In this document: one piece after another, positions 34,621-45,009 of the stretch
How positions within the stretch are numbered: the first letter of the stretch is position 1
Layout of the letters: each line of letters begins with the position of its first letter
DNA from: a virus
Length of the DNA: 64,000 nucleotides
IMG/VR virus record: IMGVR_UViG_3300030390_001550
Location: 26,232 to 90,231 of that record
Strand: one strand, 5' to 3'
Notes under the pieces: model-generated
The model's database searches: none
Seen by the model: only the letters and a program-made list of their open reading frames with translations
Told to the model about the DNA's origin: nothing
Program-made: the position numbers and the translations under genes

Positions 34621-36518
34621 TTTCCATAATGAGGAAATGCCCAGCGTAGCGAATTATCTGCTACGCTGGTCAACACCCCACCATTTAGATTGGTGGTATT
34701 CTGTTGAACATTTGATAATGTAGAATTATCCATTATAACGGTTGGTTGTTTTTTTCCAATACCAGTAGCAGCAACTGCCATATTTTCAGCAGCACGAACT
34801 TCACTTTCTAATCTTGATGCTAAAAGTGCTCTGTTATTTTCACTTTCTACAAAAAGTCGGCGGTTTTCTGGTAAATTTGACATATCAGGGCCATTCATCT
34901 CTTCAATTTTTTCCTTTGTGTCTAATGACCACTTTAAAAAAGTATCTCTCATATCAGTGACACCACCTGCTAAGTCGGTATTAAACCCAAATACTCCAGT
35001 TGCCATATCTGCTAATCCAGCAAAACTTTTTGTAATTCCAGCAGCAGCACCAACCATACCCACTTCAATACTATCTGTAAGAGTTTGCGGTTTAAATGTT
35101 TTTAAAGCATCCCCAGCACCTGTGACACCATCAAATACTGCCATACCAGCAGCAAGAACTTGTCCAGCAATTGGAATACCTCTGGCAAGGCCACCGAATT
35201 TTCCACCGAATTTTGCAAGTTTCCCAAGTTTACTTTTGGATTTTCTATCAGCAGCATCCATTGCAGCATCTGACATAAAGTCTCCACCAACCGCTTTGCC
35301 ATTGATTTTTGTTCCTGCTGGATATTGACGCCTTACTCTTCCTTTTTTATCATCACCATCAATATCAACAATATCATCCATTCCAAAGCCAAACATATTT
35401 TTAAATCTTTGAAATTTGCTTCTTTTCCCTCTTGGTTTTTTACCATCACCATCAATACCAAGACCACCTAATCCCCTAGCCCGTATTGCGGCGGTCAGTG
35501 CGACCATTGCAGCAGTGTTCGCGAGTGTATTAATCGCTTGAATCCCAGAAATAACAGCCCTTACTCCCGATATCGCCACCCCCAACAATCTCATAGGCCC
35601 ACCTAATGCAATTATTGCTGCTGTTAATCCAAGCATTTCTGCGATGCCAAACTCTTTACCCATAAACTCAGTTATTTTATCTCTCAATGGTCCAAGACCT
35701 AAAGTCTGTACTACATCTTCAAAAAATATTTTTGTATTTTCCCACATAGTTGTCATACCATCAAGTGCAGTCTGGAGAGATGGAAATGCAGTGAGCATTT
35801 GATTCACACTTTCTTTCAAGGCATCAAAAGCACCACCTTCAGCAAAAGCACCACCGATTGATTTCAAAGCACTAGTCATTGTCTCACCAAAGAGAGGCAT
35901 ACCAAAAAGTTCATCTGCTTTGTTATTTATTGCATCAAGTATACTAAAGCCTGGATCAATACCTAACTGATCCCTAAATCTCGCCACTAGAAATGCAACA
36001 GCACCACCAGCAAGAACTGTCGCTAAAATTGCTCCAGTAAAACCACCAAACCCTTGCATAATTTCAGACATATTTGCTAGGTTTCCAAGCATTCCACCTT
36101 GTCTATTTCCAGAACGCATAACTCCCTTTTTTTGCAGTGCGCCATCAACCTTTTTTCTATCACGTTTTTCTTCAATCGCATCAAGTCTTGACATTTGTTG
36201 GTTTGCAAGAAATTTAGAAAACATAGTAACCAATCTAAACATATTTTTACCTATGTCTTTAACTTCATTAGTTAATTTTAAATCGGTACTCAATGTTTTA
36301 GGCATTATTGATAAGGATTTTACCATATCAGTAAGGTTTTTCATACCAGGAACTTTTACTCCAACATCTATTTTTTGAACAGATTTTTCCAAATTATTGA
36401 AACCTTTTTTGATTTCATCAAGTGTTGATTTATTCAACTGCATATTTTTGAAGTTAATATCAGCAATTCCATCGCTGTTTATTTCTCTAACTTCATTTAC
36501 TGTTGCTCCAAATGCCAT
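34617..36518 (-). CDS. probable tail tape measure / baseplate hub protein (gp29 analogue)
   Basis: 633 aa, Ala/Gly-rich helical with hydrophobic segments; downstream of gp26/gp51. Confidence 0.6.
   Translation of the reverse strand: MAFGATVNEVREINSDGIADINFKNMQLNKSTLDEIKKGFNNLEKSVQKIDVGVKVPGMKNLTDMVKSLSIMPKTLSTDLKLTNEVKDIGKNMFRLVTMFSKFLANQQMSRLDAIEEKRDRKKVDGALQKKGVMRSGNRQGGMLGNLANMSEIMQGFGGFTGAILATVLAGGAVAFLVARFRDQLGIDPGFSILDAINNKADELFGMPLFGETMTSALKSIGGAFAEGGAFDALKESVNQMLTAFPSLQTALDGMTTMWENTKIFFEDVVQTLGLGPLRDKITEFMGKEFGIAEMLGLTAAIIALGGPMRLLGVAISGVRAVISGIQAINTLANTAAMVALTAAIRARGLGGLGIDGDGKKPRGKRSKFQRFKNMFGFGMDDIVDIDGDDKKGRVRRQYPAGTKINGKAVGGDFMSDAAMDAADRKSKSKLGKLAKFGGKFGGLARGIPIAGQVLAAGMAVFDGVTGAGDALKTFKPQTLTDSIEVGMVGAAAGITKSFAGLADMATGVFGFNTDLAGGVTDMRDTFLKWSLDTKEKIEEMNGPDMSNLPENRRLFVESENNRALLASRLESEVRAAENMAVAATGIGKKQPTVIMDNSTLSNVQQNTTNLNGGVLTSVADNSLRWAFPHYGN
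34641..34669. terminator. 10-bp hairpin at convergence of gp32 and tail operon
   Basis: CCAGCGTAGC-GAATTATCT-GCTACGCTGG, 20 nt after gp32 stop. Confidence 0.6.
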
Positions 36519-36527
36519 CTTTTATTC

Positions 36528-36716
36528 CTAGTTTTGTTGTTGTGCTTTTATTCTATCGTTTTCTTCCTCAACGTGTTGTATCAATAATGTAATGTATATC
36601 TCTCTTTCCCACGGCATCATATTATCAAGTTCTGTTAATGAATATTTGTGATCTTGCATTAATTGAAAATTGGTCTTATAATGACTTAACAGGTTATCAT
36701 GAGAAAGAGCAATTAA
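36528..36716 (-). CDS. gp51: gp51-like baseplate hub assembly protein (probably reached by -1 frameshift from gp26; first ATG at 36659)
   Basis: LIALSHDNLLSHYKTNFQLMQDHKYSLTELDNMMPWEREIYITLLIQHVEEEN; not in ORF track. Confidence 0.8.
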   Translation of the reverse strand, partial: LIALSHDNLLSHYKTNFQLMQDHKYSLTELDNMMPWEREIYITLLIQHVEEENDRIKAQQQN

Positions 36717-37420
36717 AAAAAATCATCTAATCCTTCTAATGTAAATTCGTTTGAGTGATTGCATTTTACGCAATTAAAATTTACAGTTTCAGACAATTTT
36801 GGCATAGTCTGAATCCACTCTTTTACTTTATCAAATTGAGTTGATGATAGTGATCCAATAAAATCTTGAATTTCATCTTGGCTCTCATCCGCAAGATCAT
36901 ATCTTTCTTCTGCTGTTTCCAAAACTTTCATACATTTACTAATCATTTGAAAAGTCTTTACTGTGTCGCTCAGTGTATCATCTCCATCAGCATCCATGAT
37001 AGATTTAAAATTTGGATAGCCCATGTGTAAAACCATATCTTCTGTAATCTTTATTTTACTACTAACAGATTGTTCGGTAACCTCAATTGTAGATAGGTCA
37101 ATTGGTACTGGATTGTCGGCCTCACATTCTTCACATTTTATTGTGACATTGGCGTTCTCTCCTACAGATTTTGACCTAAGTTTGAGAAACATATATTCAA
37201 CATCAAAAGAGGTTAATTTATTTTGGTCAACATCACCTTCAAGACACGCCATAATAGTATCAACAATAGCATTTACTGTCGCCCTTTTATCTTCAGACTC
37301 CATTGCTAACATTAACACTTTTTCTTCTTTAACCAAATAAGGTCTAAACTTTACATTTGTCTTGGTTGAGGGGATTGTTAATTCATATTTTGGTTTATCA
37401 TTTAGTTTTGGTAGTGCCAT
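36713..37420 (-). CDS. gp26: baseplate hub assembly chaperone gp26
   Basis: MALPKL..PKYEL.IPS....KFRPYLVKEEK, FDVEY.FL.LRSKSVGE, CxxC x2, LEGL.DFF. Confidence 0.9.
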   Translation of the reverse strand: MALPKLNDKPKYELTIPSTKTNVKFRPYLVKEEKVLMLAMESEDKRATVNAIVDTIMACLEGDVDQNKLTSFDVEYMFLKLRSKSVGENANVTIKCEECEADNPVPIDLSTIEVTEQSVSSKIKITEDMVLHMGYPNFKSIMDADGDDTLSDTVKTFQMISKCMKVLETAEERYDLADESQDEIQDFIGSLSSTQFDKVKEWIQTMPKLSETVNFNCVKCNHSNEFTLEGLDDFF

Positions 37421-38004
37421 TATTTACTTCTCCAATTTGTATACGTCAATGATAGACTTACTTCAACAAGCCCATCTAATTCATTAGTTAATTCAATTGA
37501 ACCCAAAGTAGTTGGAAACGCTCTTTCAAGTACACATGTATATACTTTTTTTGATAAATGCATACTAACTCCACCTGGAACAACAAGTGGGTTGTCCGTA
37601 TAATGTGTTTCTCTATTATCGTGTGCGAGTTGATGTATTACGACTTCTTTGCCATATCCATTTGGCCCATACTTATAGCCCAACTCATAAGTATCATTAT
37701 CTACTGCTAGATTCATCCAACTTTCAATATACTTTTTTATGTTATAATCATTAGTTACATAAAACGATAGATTAATATCGTCTGTTACAAATGTATTTGC
37801 AACTTTTTCAGTCACAATTCCAATAACCCTATCTACTGATGAAATCTGTCTTGAGGGTAGCGTAACATTTTTACAGAGTATATTTAAATCATTTGTGGTT
37901 ATTTGTACGTCAGAAATTGACGGTAATTCTACATGAAAAAGATTTGATCTTCCAATTCCTTTTTTGATACTACTTTTGAAATTCTCTATAGTTTGTGCTT
38001 GCAT
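37420..38004 (-). CDS. tail tube initiator / tube-like protein (gp54-like)
   Basis: R.N.F.V, LC..V.LP, L..AFP..LG.IEL...V.L.Y..W. Confidence 0.7.
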   Translation of the reverse strand: MQAQTIENFKSSIKKGIGRSNLFHVELPSISDVQITTNDLNILCKNVTLPSRQISSVDRVIGIVTEKVANTFVTDDINLSFYVTNDYNIKKYIESWMNLAVDNDTYELGYKYGPNGYGKEVVIHQLAHDNRETHYTDNPLVVPGGVSMHLSKKVYTCVLERAFPTTLGSIELTNELDGLVEVSLSLTYTNWRSK

Positions 38005-38588
38005 TAGACCATACCTCTTGATATTTTATGTACTTTTGCTTGAGACATTTTCTGAAAATCAGCAGTTGGTAAAAATGCAGCAATTTCCCATTCTGGGGCT
38101 GGGACCAAAGCAAAACGACTTCTTACATGATTTGCCAAATAGTGCTTATAACAAGGTCTGAAGTATTTAAACTTTGCTGCACCTTGAAGTAAATCATACG
38201 ACATTTTGAACTTGGTTGTATCGTTATATTTCTTATTATTAGTAATCTCTAATAAACTATCAAGAAATTTTGCTCTTAATGTCATAGGCAAATAGTGTAG
38301 ATTTAGTCCAGCGAAGCCACCTTTCGCTTTGCCGACAATTATAGTAAGAGGAAAACTATCATAGTATGGTAGTGTGGACTTACCTTTTGGATCATAGAAA
38401 TACATAAACATCTTGCCGACTGCTTGCCGATTTTGAAGTCTGAGTGTATCATCTTTCATGAGTTCGTTTCTATTTATTTTACCCATTTTGGATGCTTTAT
38501 CCTTGAACCAAGAAATTGATTCCTTAGTTCTAGGGGTAATTCCCGCTCTAAACGCTTGTACTTCTAAATTTTGAAACAGATTAGACAT
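38004..38588 (-). CDS. gp2: DNA end protector gp2
   Basis: GKMFMYFYDPK.K.TLPYYD.FPL, GLNLHYLP...RAKFL, YL..HVRS, LPTADF. Confidence 0.9.
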   Translation of the reverse strand: MSNLFQNLEVQAFRAGITPRTKESISWFKDKASKMGKINRNELMKDDTLRLQNRQAVGKMFMYFYDPKGKSTLPYYDSFPLTIIVGKAKGGFAGLNLHYLPMTLRAKFLDSLLEITNNKKYNDTTKFKMSYDLLQGAAKFKYFRPCYKHYLANHVRSRFALVPAPEWEIAAFLPTADFQKMSQAKVHKISRGMV

Positions 38589-38613
38589 TTATATTCCCAA
38601 AGTTATTCATTGT

Positions 38614-38621
38614 TATTTATA
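38614..38621 (-). promoter_or_regulatory. T4-type late promoter TATAAATA
   Basis: TATTTATA on + strand, 25 nt before gp2 ATG. Confidence 0.75.
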
Positions 38622-38626
38622 TCAAT

Positions 38627-39109
38627 TTATAGACGTTTTAATTTTTTCAACTTGGGTAATGGTTTCAATTGCTTGGGCATAATACCCATTTTAATCAATG
38701 TTTTTTCAGTCCAAATTTCAAAGGTCCAACCCCTATCTTTGGCATAAGATTCTGCTGCTTTCCACTTATTCATATTTTTTACATAAGCCATACCTTCATT
38801 AATATAACGCTTAGTTTTGCGAGATGGTACTTTTGGCGGTCTAGTTTGTGAATCTGGTTTTATTTCTATGAGGTAAACTTTATCATTTAATTTTATTTTT
38901 AGGTCCATAAAATATCTATGATACTTCCTATCAACATCATAAAAATAAGGAATTACAACTTCCTCACTTGACCATTCAGTGATTTGTGTTTGACTGTCGC
39001 ACCATTGAAAAGCATACCTTTCCCAACCAGAGCGATATACGACATTATCTGGATCACCCTTGTACTTTTTACGATTTTTTATTTTATATTTGCCTTTGTG
39101 TGTTCTCAT
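38627..39109 (-). CDS. gp4: head completion nuclease gp4
   Basis: KYKGDP..VVYRSGWE, WSSEE..IPY, HRYFMD, IEIKP..QT, N..KWKAA, F.I.TE. Confidence 0.92.
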   Translation of the reverse strand: MRTHKGKYKIKNRKKYKGDPDNVVYRSGWERYAFQWCDSQTQITEWSSEEVVIPYFYDVDRKYHRYFMDLKIKLNDKVYLIEIKPDSQTRPPKVPSRKTKRYINEGMAYVKNMNKWKAAESYAKDRGWTFEIWTEKTLIKMGIMPKQLKPLPKLKKLKRL

Positions 39110-39117
39110 TTTTCTCA

Positions 39118-39125
39118 TATAAATA
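39118..39125 (+). promoter_or_regulatory. T4-type late promoter TATAAATA (divergent CATAAATA on - at 39141-39148)
   Basis: Exact motif at gp4/gp48 divergence. Confidence 0.75.
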
Positions 39126-39158
39126 ATGGTAGTATTAATGTATTTATGGAAAAAAAAC

Positions 39159-40148
39159 ATGCCAGGAAATAGACTAGAATTCCCAATCCATGAGAGAGAT
39201 CGTTATAAAGCGAGAATACGGTTTGAAACATTAGTGATTGATCCTATTGAGGTGGGAAGTGTCATAAATGCTCACGCTGCAAATTCTACAGATAAGAGAA
39301 TGGGTATTGGTCCTAGTGGACTTCTATCTGCTGATGCGTTGAGTAGGGCATTTCAGGAAAAAGGTCAATTATTTAATACTAAAGAAATATTGAAAAAACA
39401 AGTAAAAAGAAGAAGTGGTGAAACTTGTCATTTATATATGCCACCATCAATTCAAATACAAGACGGTGTTATGTATGAAAATATGGAGTTCGGAACATTT
39501 GCTACTGGTTTAAATGATATTTTAAATAGCGGTTCTGGTGGTGTTACGGCAGTTGCTAAAGCACTTAAAGAATCTAGTATTTTTACAGATGCTGCAAAAA
39601 TTATGAGAAGTGAATTTGAAAGCCAAGACTTGGCAAGAGTAGGAATTTCAAAACTCGTAAATAAATTTGGTTCAGCGGGTGGTGCAGTAAGATCATCTTT
39701 GCAAACAACACCAAATCCTAATATGAGAGCAATATTTAAATCTGTTAATTTAAGAGAATTTTCTTGGTCATTTAAACTTATCCCAAACTCAAAAATTGAG
39801 GCAGAAGAAATTAAGGATATTATTAATTGGTTTAGAAGAAATTTATATCCAGAAGGAATAGTTAGAGGTGGTATTGTTGTTGGTTACAGGTTCCCACCTA
39901 TGTTTAGAATCCATTTACTTTATGATTCAAAAGAAATGAATCGCACCAATGAAGCATTTATATTTAAAGATATGCATATGAAATCATTTAACGCCACCTA
40001 TAATTCTGGAACCGCAGGTTTTCATGCTGGTGGTGATTATTCTGAAGTTGATATTAGTATATCGTTTGTTGAAAGTGAAACATTCACCAGACAAGATTTT
40101 GATAAAACAAATGCTAGGACGATGCTTGATGGAATGGGGGTAGGATAA
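39159..40148 (+). CDS. gp48: baseplate tail tube cap gp48
   Basis: LYMP, NPN....F..V.LR.FS.SFKLIP....EA, II.WFR..LYP, F.E. Confidence 0.8.
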   Translation: MPGNRLEFPIHERDRYKARIRFETLVIDPIEVGSVINAHAANSTDKRMGIGPSGLLSADALSRAFQEKGQLFNTKEILKKQVKRRSGETCHLYMPPSIQIQDGVMYENMEFGTFATGLNDILNSGSGGVTAVAKALKESSIFTDAAKIMRSEFESQDLARVGISKLVNKFGSAGGAVRSSLQTTPNPNMRAIFKSVNLREFSWSFKLIPNSKIEAEEIKDIINWFRRNLYPEGIVRGGIVVGYRFPPMFRIHLLYDSKEMNRTNEAFIFKDMHMKSFNATYNSGTAGFHAGGDYSEVDISISFVESETFTRQDFDKTNARTMLDGMGVG

Positions 40149-40867
40149 TGACATTTTTTAACAGATTTCCAGTAGAGTTATATAACTTTGGGGATGAAAC
40201 TGATCCTTCCATAATTCAAAATATATCAGCATATGTAGATATTATAGATGAATTAAAAGATAATGTTTCTATATATGAAAAATATGAAATTATTGAAGGC
40301 GAAAGGCCAGATACTCTTTCACAAAAATTATATGGATCAACCAAGTATTACTGGACATTTTATCTTATGAATGATAAAATTCGTAGAAATGGATTTCCAC
40401 TACGGTCAAATGATGTGGTTACTTGGTCAAAGAAAAAACATCCAAATACAACTTTGGTTACAAGAGATTATTTTTTTACCAAAATGCAAATAGGTGATAG
40501 CATTACAGGAGTTACTTCTAATACAGTTGCTGAGATTATTGATAGAGATGTGAACTTAGGTCATATTGTTGTAAAAGGTACTAAATCGTTTACTAACGGC
40601 GAAACTATTCAAAAAACTGGAGATTCTACTCAATCAATAATTCTACAATCACATTCAAGTGAACATCTTGCAGCCAGATATTTTACTAATGCCTCTGGTG
40701 ATCAAGTTGATATTGATCCAACAGTCGGCGGCGGCTCAAACACTGAGGTTACACATCTTGATTATTATCAAAAATTAAATAATGAAACTAGAATAATCAG
40801 AGTTATAAAAGCAGATAGTATTTTAGAGATATATGATAATTACAAATTATCATTATTGGTGGACTAG
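40148..40867 (+). CDS. gp53: baseplate wedge subunit gp53
   Basis: FF..FP, Y.I.EGERPDTLS.KLYG...YYW.F...N, N...R.I.VIK. Confidence 0.85.
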   Translation: MTFFNRFPVELYNFGDETDPSIIQNISAYVDIIDELKDNVSIYEKYEIIEGERPDTLSQKLYGSTKYYWTFYLMNDKIRRNGFPLRSNDVVTWSKKKHPNTTLVTRDYFFTKMQIGDSITGVTSNTVAEIIDRDVNLGHIVVKGTKSFTNGETIQKTGDSTQSIILQSHSSEHLAARYFTNASGDQVDIDPTVGGGSNTEVTHLDYYQKLNNETRIIRVIKADSILEIYDNYKLSLLVD

Positions 40868-40870
40868 ATT

Positions 40871-42205
40871 ATGATAACTCGTAGTATTGAACCAGAAAAT
40901 AGATCACCGTTCAATTATAATTTAAAAAAATGTGAAATCAGTGGAGAAAGAATGTCTGGTTCAATTGACTTGAGCGCGGTTTCTATTGAAATTAAATTGT
41001 TTGAAAATATTAATAATCCATTTATTAGTGGAGAAATCGCTATATTAGATAATGATGATTTGATGAACAGAATAGGTTTTTCTGGTACAGAAAAATTATC
41101 AGTAGAGATTGAAACTGAATTTGCAAATATAAGAAAGAAATTTATTGTTACTGAAGTTATTAACACATTAAGTACGAATGGTAAAGATAAAGTAATTTTA
41201 TTACAAATTTTAGAAGATATTTCATTTTTATCTAAATTAATAAGAGTTTCTAAATCATACAGCGGCTCTCCAGATATCATAATAAAAAATATTTTAAAGG
41301 AACATCTTAATAGAGATATGTTTAATATATCATCTCAAGAACATAATGATGGGCCGATGAAAGTAATCGTTCCAAATTTGACGCCATTAGGTGCATGTGA
41401 ATGGATACAAAGACGCGCAGTAACAAAAAGTGGTATGCCATTTTATCTTTTTTCAACTTTGTCCGATGATAAGATAAGGTATAATGATCTAGAATCTATA
41501 TTAACATCTAAACCATTGAATGAAAATAATACGCCATATTTTTATAATCAAGGAATTGCGAACAATAATTTGGATGAAAATGGACAATCATTTATAATTA
41601 GTGATACTACACAGTCTCACGCTGAAAATACGATAATGTTATGTCAGTTAGGTTTTATGTCTAGTACCTATACAAATATTGATACTGTAAAAGGTTCTAA
41701 ATTAGAGAATATGCATATTATGGCAGATGTTCTTAAAGACTTGAAAAGTAGTGTTTTTAGATCAGGTCAAAAAGAAGCAATTATTGATACAACAAATACA
41801 TTTAATAATAAAAAAATTCAAGAATATGATACAAGACAGATTACCAGAATTACTCCAACAAATTCATATGAAAATGAATATAAAAATTATAGTGAAGCGA
41901 ATGATGTTTCTGCACATATGTTAAAAGCAAAGGCTATATCTTTAAGAGGAATATTAAGTAAATCTCCTATAGATATATCGGTGCCGGGAAGAAATTTCTG
42001 CCAAACAAATAAAAATGTTAGTATCGGTAATACAATAAATTTAGACTTTTCAAGGATGTTGGAGTTTGAAAAAAAAATTCAGCATGACCCAAAGAAATCT
42101 GGAACCTATATGATTCACGCAGTGCGACACGTATTTTCTGGGCCAAAATATATGGCAACGGTTGGATGCAGTCGCTTGTCTCAAAAAACTCCAGAAAGAG
42201 GATAA
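40871..42205 (+). CDS. baseplate hub protein (gp27-like)
   Basis: FENI..PFISG, RVSKSYSG, IVPNLTP, VPG, SGTYMI..VRH; located between gp53 and gp5. Confidence 0.65.
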   Translation: MITRSIEPENRSPFNYNLKKCEISGERMSGSIDLSAVSIEIKLFENINNPFISGEIAILDNDDLMNRIGFSGTEKLSVEIETEFANIRKKFIVTEVINTLSTNGKDKVILLQILEDISFLSKLIRVSKSYSGSPDIIIKNILKEHLNRDMFNISSQEHNDGPMKVIVPNLTPLGACEWIQRRAVTKSGMPFYLFSTLSDDKIRYNDLESILTSKPLNENNTPYFYNQGIANNNLDENGQSFIISDTTQSHAENTIMLCQLGFMSSTYTNIDTVKGSKLENMHIMADVLKDLKSSVFRSGQKEAIIDTTNTFNNKKIQEYDTRQITRITPTNSYENEYKNYSEANDVSAHMLKAKAISLRGILSKSPIDISVPGRNFCQTNKNVSIGNTINLDFSRMLEFEKKIQHDPKKSGTYMIHAVRHVFSGPKYMATVGCSRLSQKTPERG

Positions 42206-42210
42206 TTATT

Positions 42211-43089
42211 ATGCAACCACAAGATTTTTATGGTGATACAATGCGTTGGTTTGTGGGTGTTGTTGAAGATAATTTAGACCCTTTAAAACTTGGAAGAGTT
42301 AGGGTAAGGATACAAGGTATTCATAGTGAAAGATTAACAGACATTCCTTTAAATGATCTTCCTTGGGCGCAAGTAATGCTTCCAACAACAGAGGGTGGTA
42401 TTTCTGGTATAGGAAAAATGCCTAGACTTCAGCCGGGTGCTATGGTAGTCGGTTTTTTTACTGATGGTATTAATTCTCAAAATCCACTTGTTATAGGATC
42501 AATTCCTACTATGGAATCTGAATGGAATAGTCCACCGATACACGGTTATGATGAAGGTTACCTTGAAAATTATCAACCGAAAGACTATTATGATGGGAAA
42601 GTTAAAAAGTTGAACTTACCTGGCGGTAGTAATCCAGAACAGTCATATCATTATTTTTTAAGCCAAGGATTTTCTCCAGAACAATCAGCAGGAATAGTTG
42701 GAAATTTTATGGTTGAATCTACTCCAAAAATGAGTACTAAAGCGAGAAATCAAGGTGATGGTAGAGATGGTAGTGATAGCATAGGTATTGCCCAATGGAA
42801 CTCTGGCAGAGCAAAATCACTGCATTCCTTTGCAGATACAAATGGATTAACTTGGGATGATTTAGACACACAACTTCAATTTGTTATGGTAGAATTAAGG
42901 GGTACTCACAAGCATGTTTATACTGCAATGAAAAATGCTAAGACTATAAAAGATTCTGCATGGATATGGGAAAGAAAATATGAAATACCAAAGTTGGGTT
43001 CTCATCCAGAAAGGTTTAAGTTTGCAAGAGAAGTTTTTGCTACTTATCTAACAACAGTTACTGAATATGAACCGCAAGCAGGAGAATAA
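42211..43089 (+). CDS. gp5: gp5 N-terminal OB domain fused to phage tail lysozyme-2 domain
   Basis: WFVGVVED..DPLKLGRVRVRI.G.H, LPWA, VVGFF.DG; AGIVGNFMVES, GIAQW...R, Q..F...EL, YE.P. Confidence 0.85.
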   Translation: MQPQDFYGDTMRWFVGVVEDNLDPLKLGRVRVRIQGIHSERLTDIPLNDLPWAQVMLPTTEGGISGIGKMPRLQPGAMVVGFFTDGINSQNPLVIGSIPTMESEWNSPPIHGYDEGYLENYQPKDYYDGKVKKLNLPGGSNPEQSYHYFLSQGFSPEQSAGIVGNFMVESTPKMSTKARNQGDGRDGSDSIGIAQWNSGRAKSLHSFADTNGLTWDDLDTQLQFVMVELRGTHKHVYTAMKNAKTIKDSAWIWERKYEIPKLGSHPERFKFAREVFATYLTTVTEYEPQAGE

Positions 43090-43092
43090 TAG

Positions 43093-45006
43093 ATGCCATT
43101 AACAAATAGTATAGATTTTTCTCAAGTAAATCAAGCGTTAGGCGATTTGAAAAATGTTTCCGATCTTTCAGCAACAGCAGATAAGATGTTAAATTCCGCG
43201 CAGAATTTAGTAAATGTTAAGTCTACGCCACTTGGGAGTGAGGTTGGTGAGGTTGTAGGTGGAATTCAATCTTTAGTTCAAGAAGTAGATTACTTAGACC
43301 CAAACTCTTTAATTGAGAATTTAGGTGTCGCTAAAATAACTTCAGAACTTGAGGGATTTTCAGATTTACAAAAAATTCCTACTGGTCCTGTTATACTTGA
43401 GGCTCTTACTGGGTTGAGTTCAGAGTTATCTTCTATCCCAATACAATTGAACCAAATAATAACTTCACCTGCCCCAGCATCAATTGCTGCTAACTTAGAG
43501 TCTGTAATGGGAAAACTACCTAATGCTAGTGCTTTAAGTAAACTAAGTGGAAATTCTATAGACGCGCTTTCATCAGTAACTGATATGTTAGGTAGTTTAA
43601 CCACCCTCTCACAAGGCATTGGTGGAATTGAAGACAAATTTAAAAATGCAGCAGCAACTTTTGAATCCCAAATAAATAATAATTTAGCAGATGTGAAGGG
43701 TGGTATCATAAATAGATTGTTAGAAAACACCAATCCTGTTATTGGTAATGAGATAACTTCATTGTCCAAAGGTTTATTAAATGCATCAGAACAATTAGAA
43801 ACATTACAAAATATTTTAAATGGAAGAAATGATATAGTATCAGACCTAATATCAGAAAAGATTTCAAAAGCGTTCCCTCTTGATGATATATCAGTTTTAC
43901 AAGGTATGATTGGTTTGCTAGACCCATCTATTACAAATATGGTTAATTCTGGTAGCTTATCAGTACAAAAGAAAACTTTGGGTAATAGGGTATCAACTAA
44001 GACTGAACAAGCATGGAAAAATCCAGATGAGAAATATGTTTTTACAAGGATTCATTCTTATGAAGAAGTAATATCAGAATTTAGAGGTGCTACAAGAGAA
44101 ATAAGTGAGGTGGTTGTTCATTGGAGTGCCACATATATTAATCAAAATATTGGTGCGGAAGAAATTGATCAGTGGCACAAAGCCAGAGATTTTTCGGGAA
44201 TAGGATATCATTATGTTATTCGTAGAGATGGGTCACTACAAAGAGGTAGACCGTTGAATGAGATTGGCGCACATGCTAAAACTGGTGGTCATAATAATTT
44301 TAGTGTTGGAATATGTCTTGTTGGTGGATATAATTGCGCTAGTGGAACTAAAAATCCAGATCAGTTCGCTAATAGCACATCAATAAATAACGCACAGTGG
44401 GCTTCACTTAAAAACTTTTTAAGGGCGTTTTATTCAGTTCATCCGGGAGGTCAAGTTTGGGGTCATAATGATACTGATCCAAATAGTAAAATTGATCCGG
44501 GGGTATCTATGGAAAATTTCGTATTTAAACATTTTAAAAAAAGAAATCTAAGTATTGAAGGACGAAAAAGTTCTATAAGTCCATCAGTAATTGCAACTGG
44601 TATAAGAGATGTTTCAGTATCAAATGCAGTCGCTCCACAGACTCAAGAAGTTATTGAACCTAAAGCGAATACGCGAGATGGTCCTTTTGTGGGTTCACAA
44701 TATCTTGCAGAATCAAAAGGATTTTCTCAACACGCATCCTATCCAGAAATGTATGATTTTCAATATGTAACTGAAGATTGGAAAGATGCAAGCAGATATC
44801 CAATTGGAACAAAATTCACCGAATATACTGGACACCAGTTCTACGAAAAGGGATTTGACACAAATGTTTGGCAAATATGGGAACATTTGGTTGGTGACCG
44901 ACCTGGCTCTAGAATTTTAGTGGATACTAGTGATAGTGAGGAAGTAAATAGATGGGCGCGATTAGAAAAACGTCAAGCACCCATGGGAAGAATTAATAGA
45001 GGTTAG
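43093..45006 (+). CDS. baseplate protein with N-acetylmuramoyl-L-alanine amidase domain
   Basis: VVHWSAT, EIDQWH.ARDFSGIGYHYVIRRDG..QRGRP, GAH, SVGICLVGG, GHND. Confidence 0.85.
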   Translation: MPLTNSIDFSQVNQALGDLKNVSDLSATADKMLNSAQNLVNVKSTPLGSEVGEVVGGIQSLVQEVDYLDPNSLIENLGVAKITSELEGFSDLQKIPTGPVILEALTGLSSELSSIPIQLNQIITSPAPASIAANLESVMGKLPNASALSKLSGNSIDALSSVTDMLGSLTTLSQGIGGIEDKFKNAAATFESQINNNLADVKGGIINRLLENTNPVIGNEITSLSKGLLNASEQLETLQNILNGRNDIVSDLISEKISKAFPLDDISVLQGMIGLLDPSITNMVNSGSLSVQKKTLGNRVSTKTEQAWKNPDEKYVFTRIHSYEEVISEFRGATREISEVVVHWSATYINQNIGAEEIDQWHKARDFSGIGYHYVIRRDGSLQRGRPLNEIGAHAKTGGHNNFSVGICLVGGYNCASGTKNPDQFANSTSINNAQWASLKNFLRAFYSVHPGGQVWGHNDTDPNSKIDPGVSMENFVFKHFKKRNLSIEGRKSSISPSVIATGIRDVSVSNAVAPQTQEVIEPKANTRDGPFVGSQYLAESKGFSQHASYPEMYDFQYVTEDWKDASRYPIGTKFTEYTGHQFYEKGFDTNVWQIWEHLVGDRPGSRILVDTSDSEEVNRWARLEKRQAPMGRINRG

Positions 45007-45009
45007 AAT

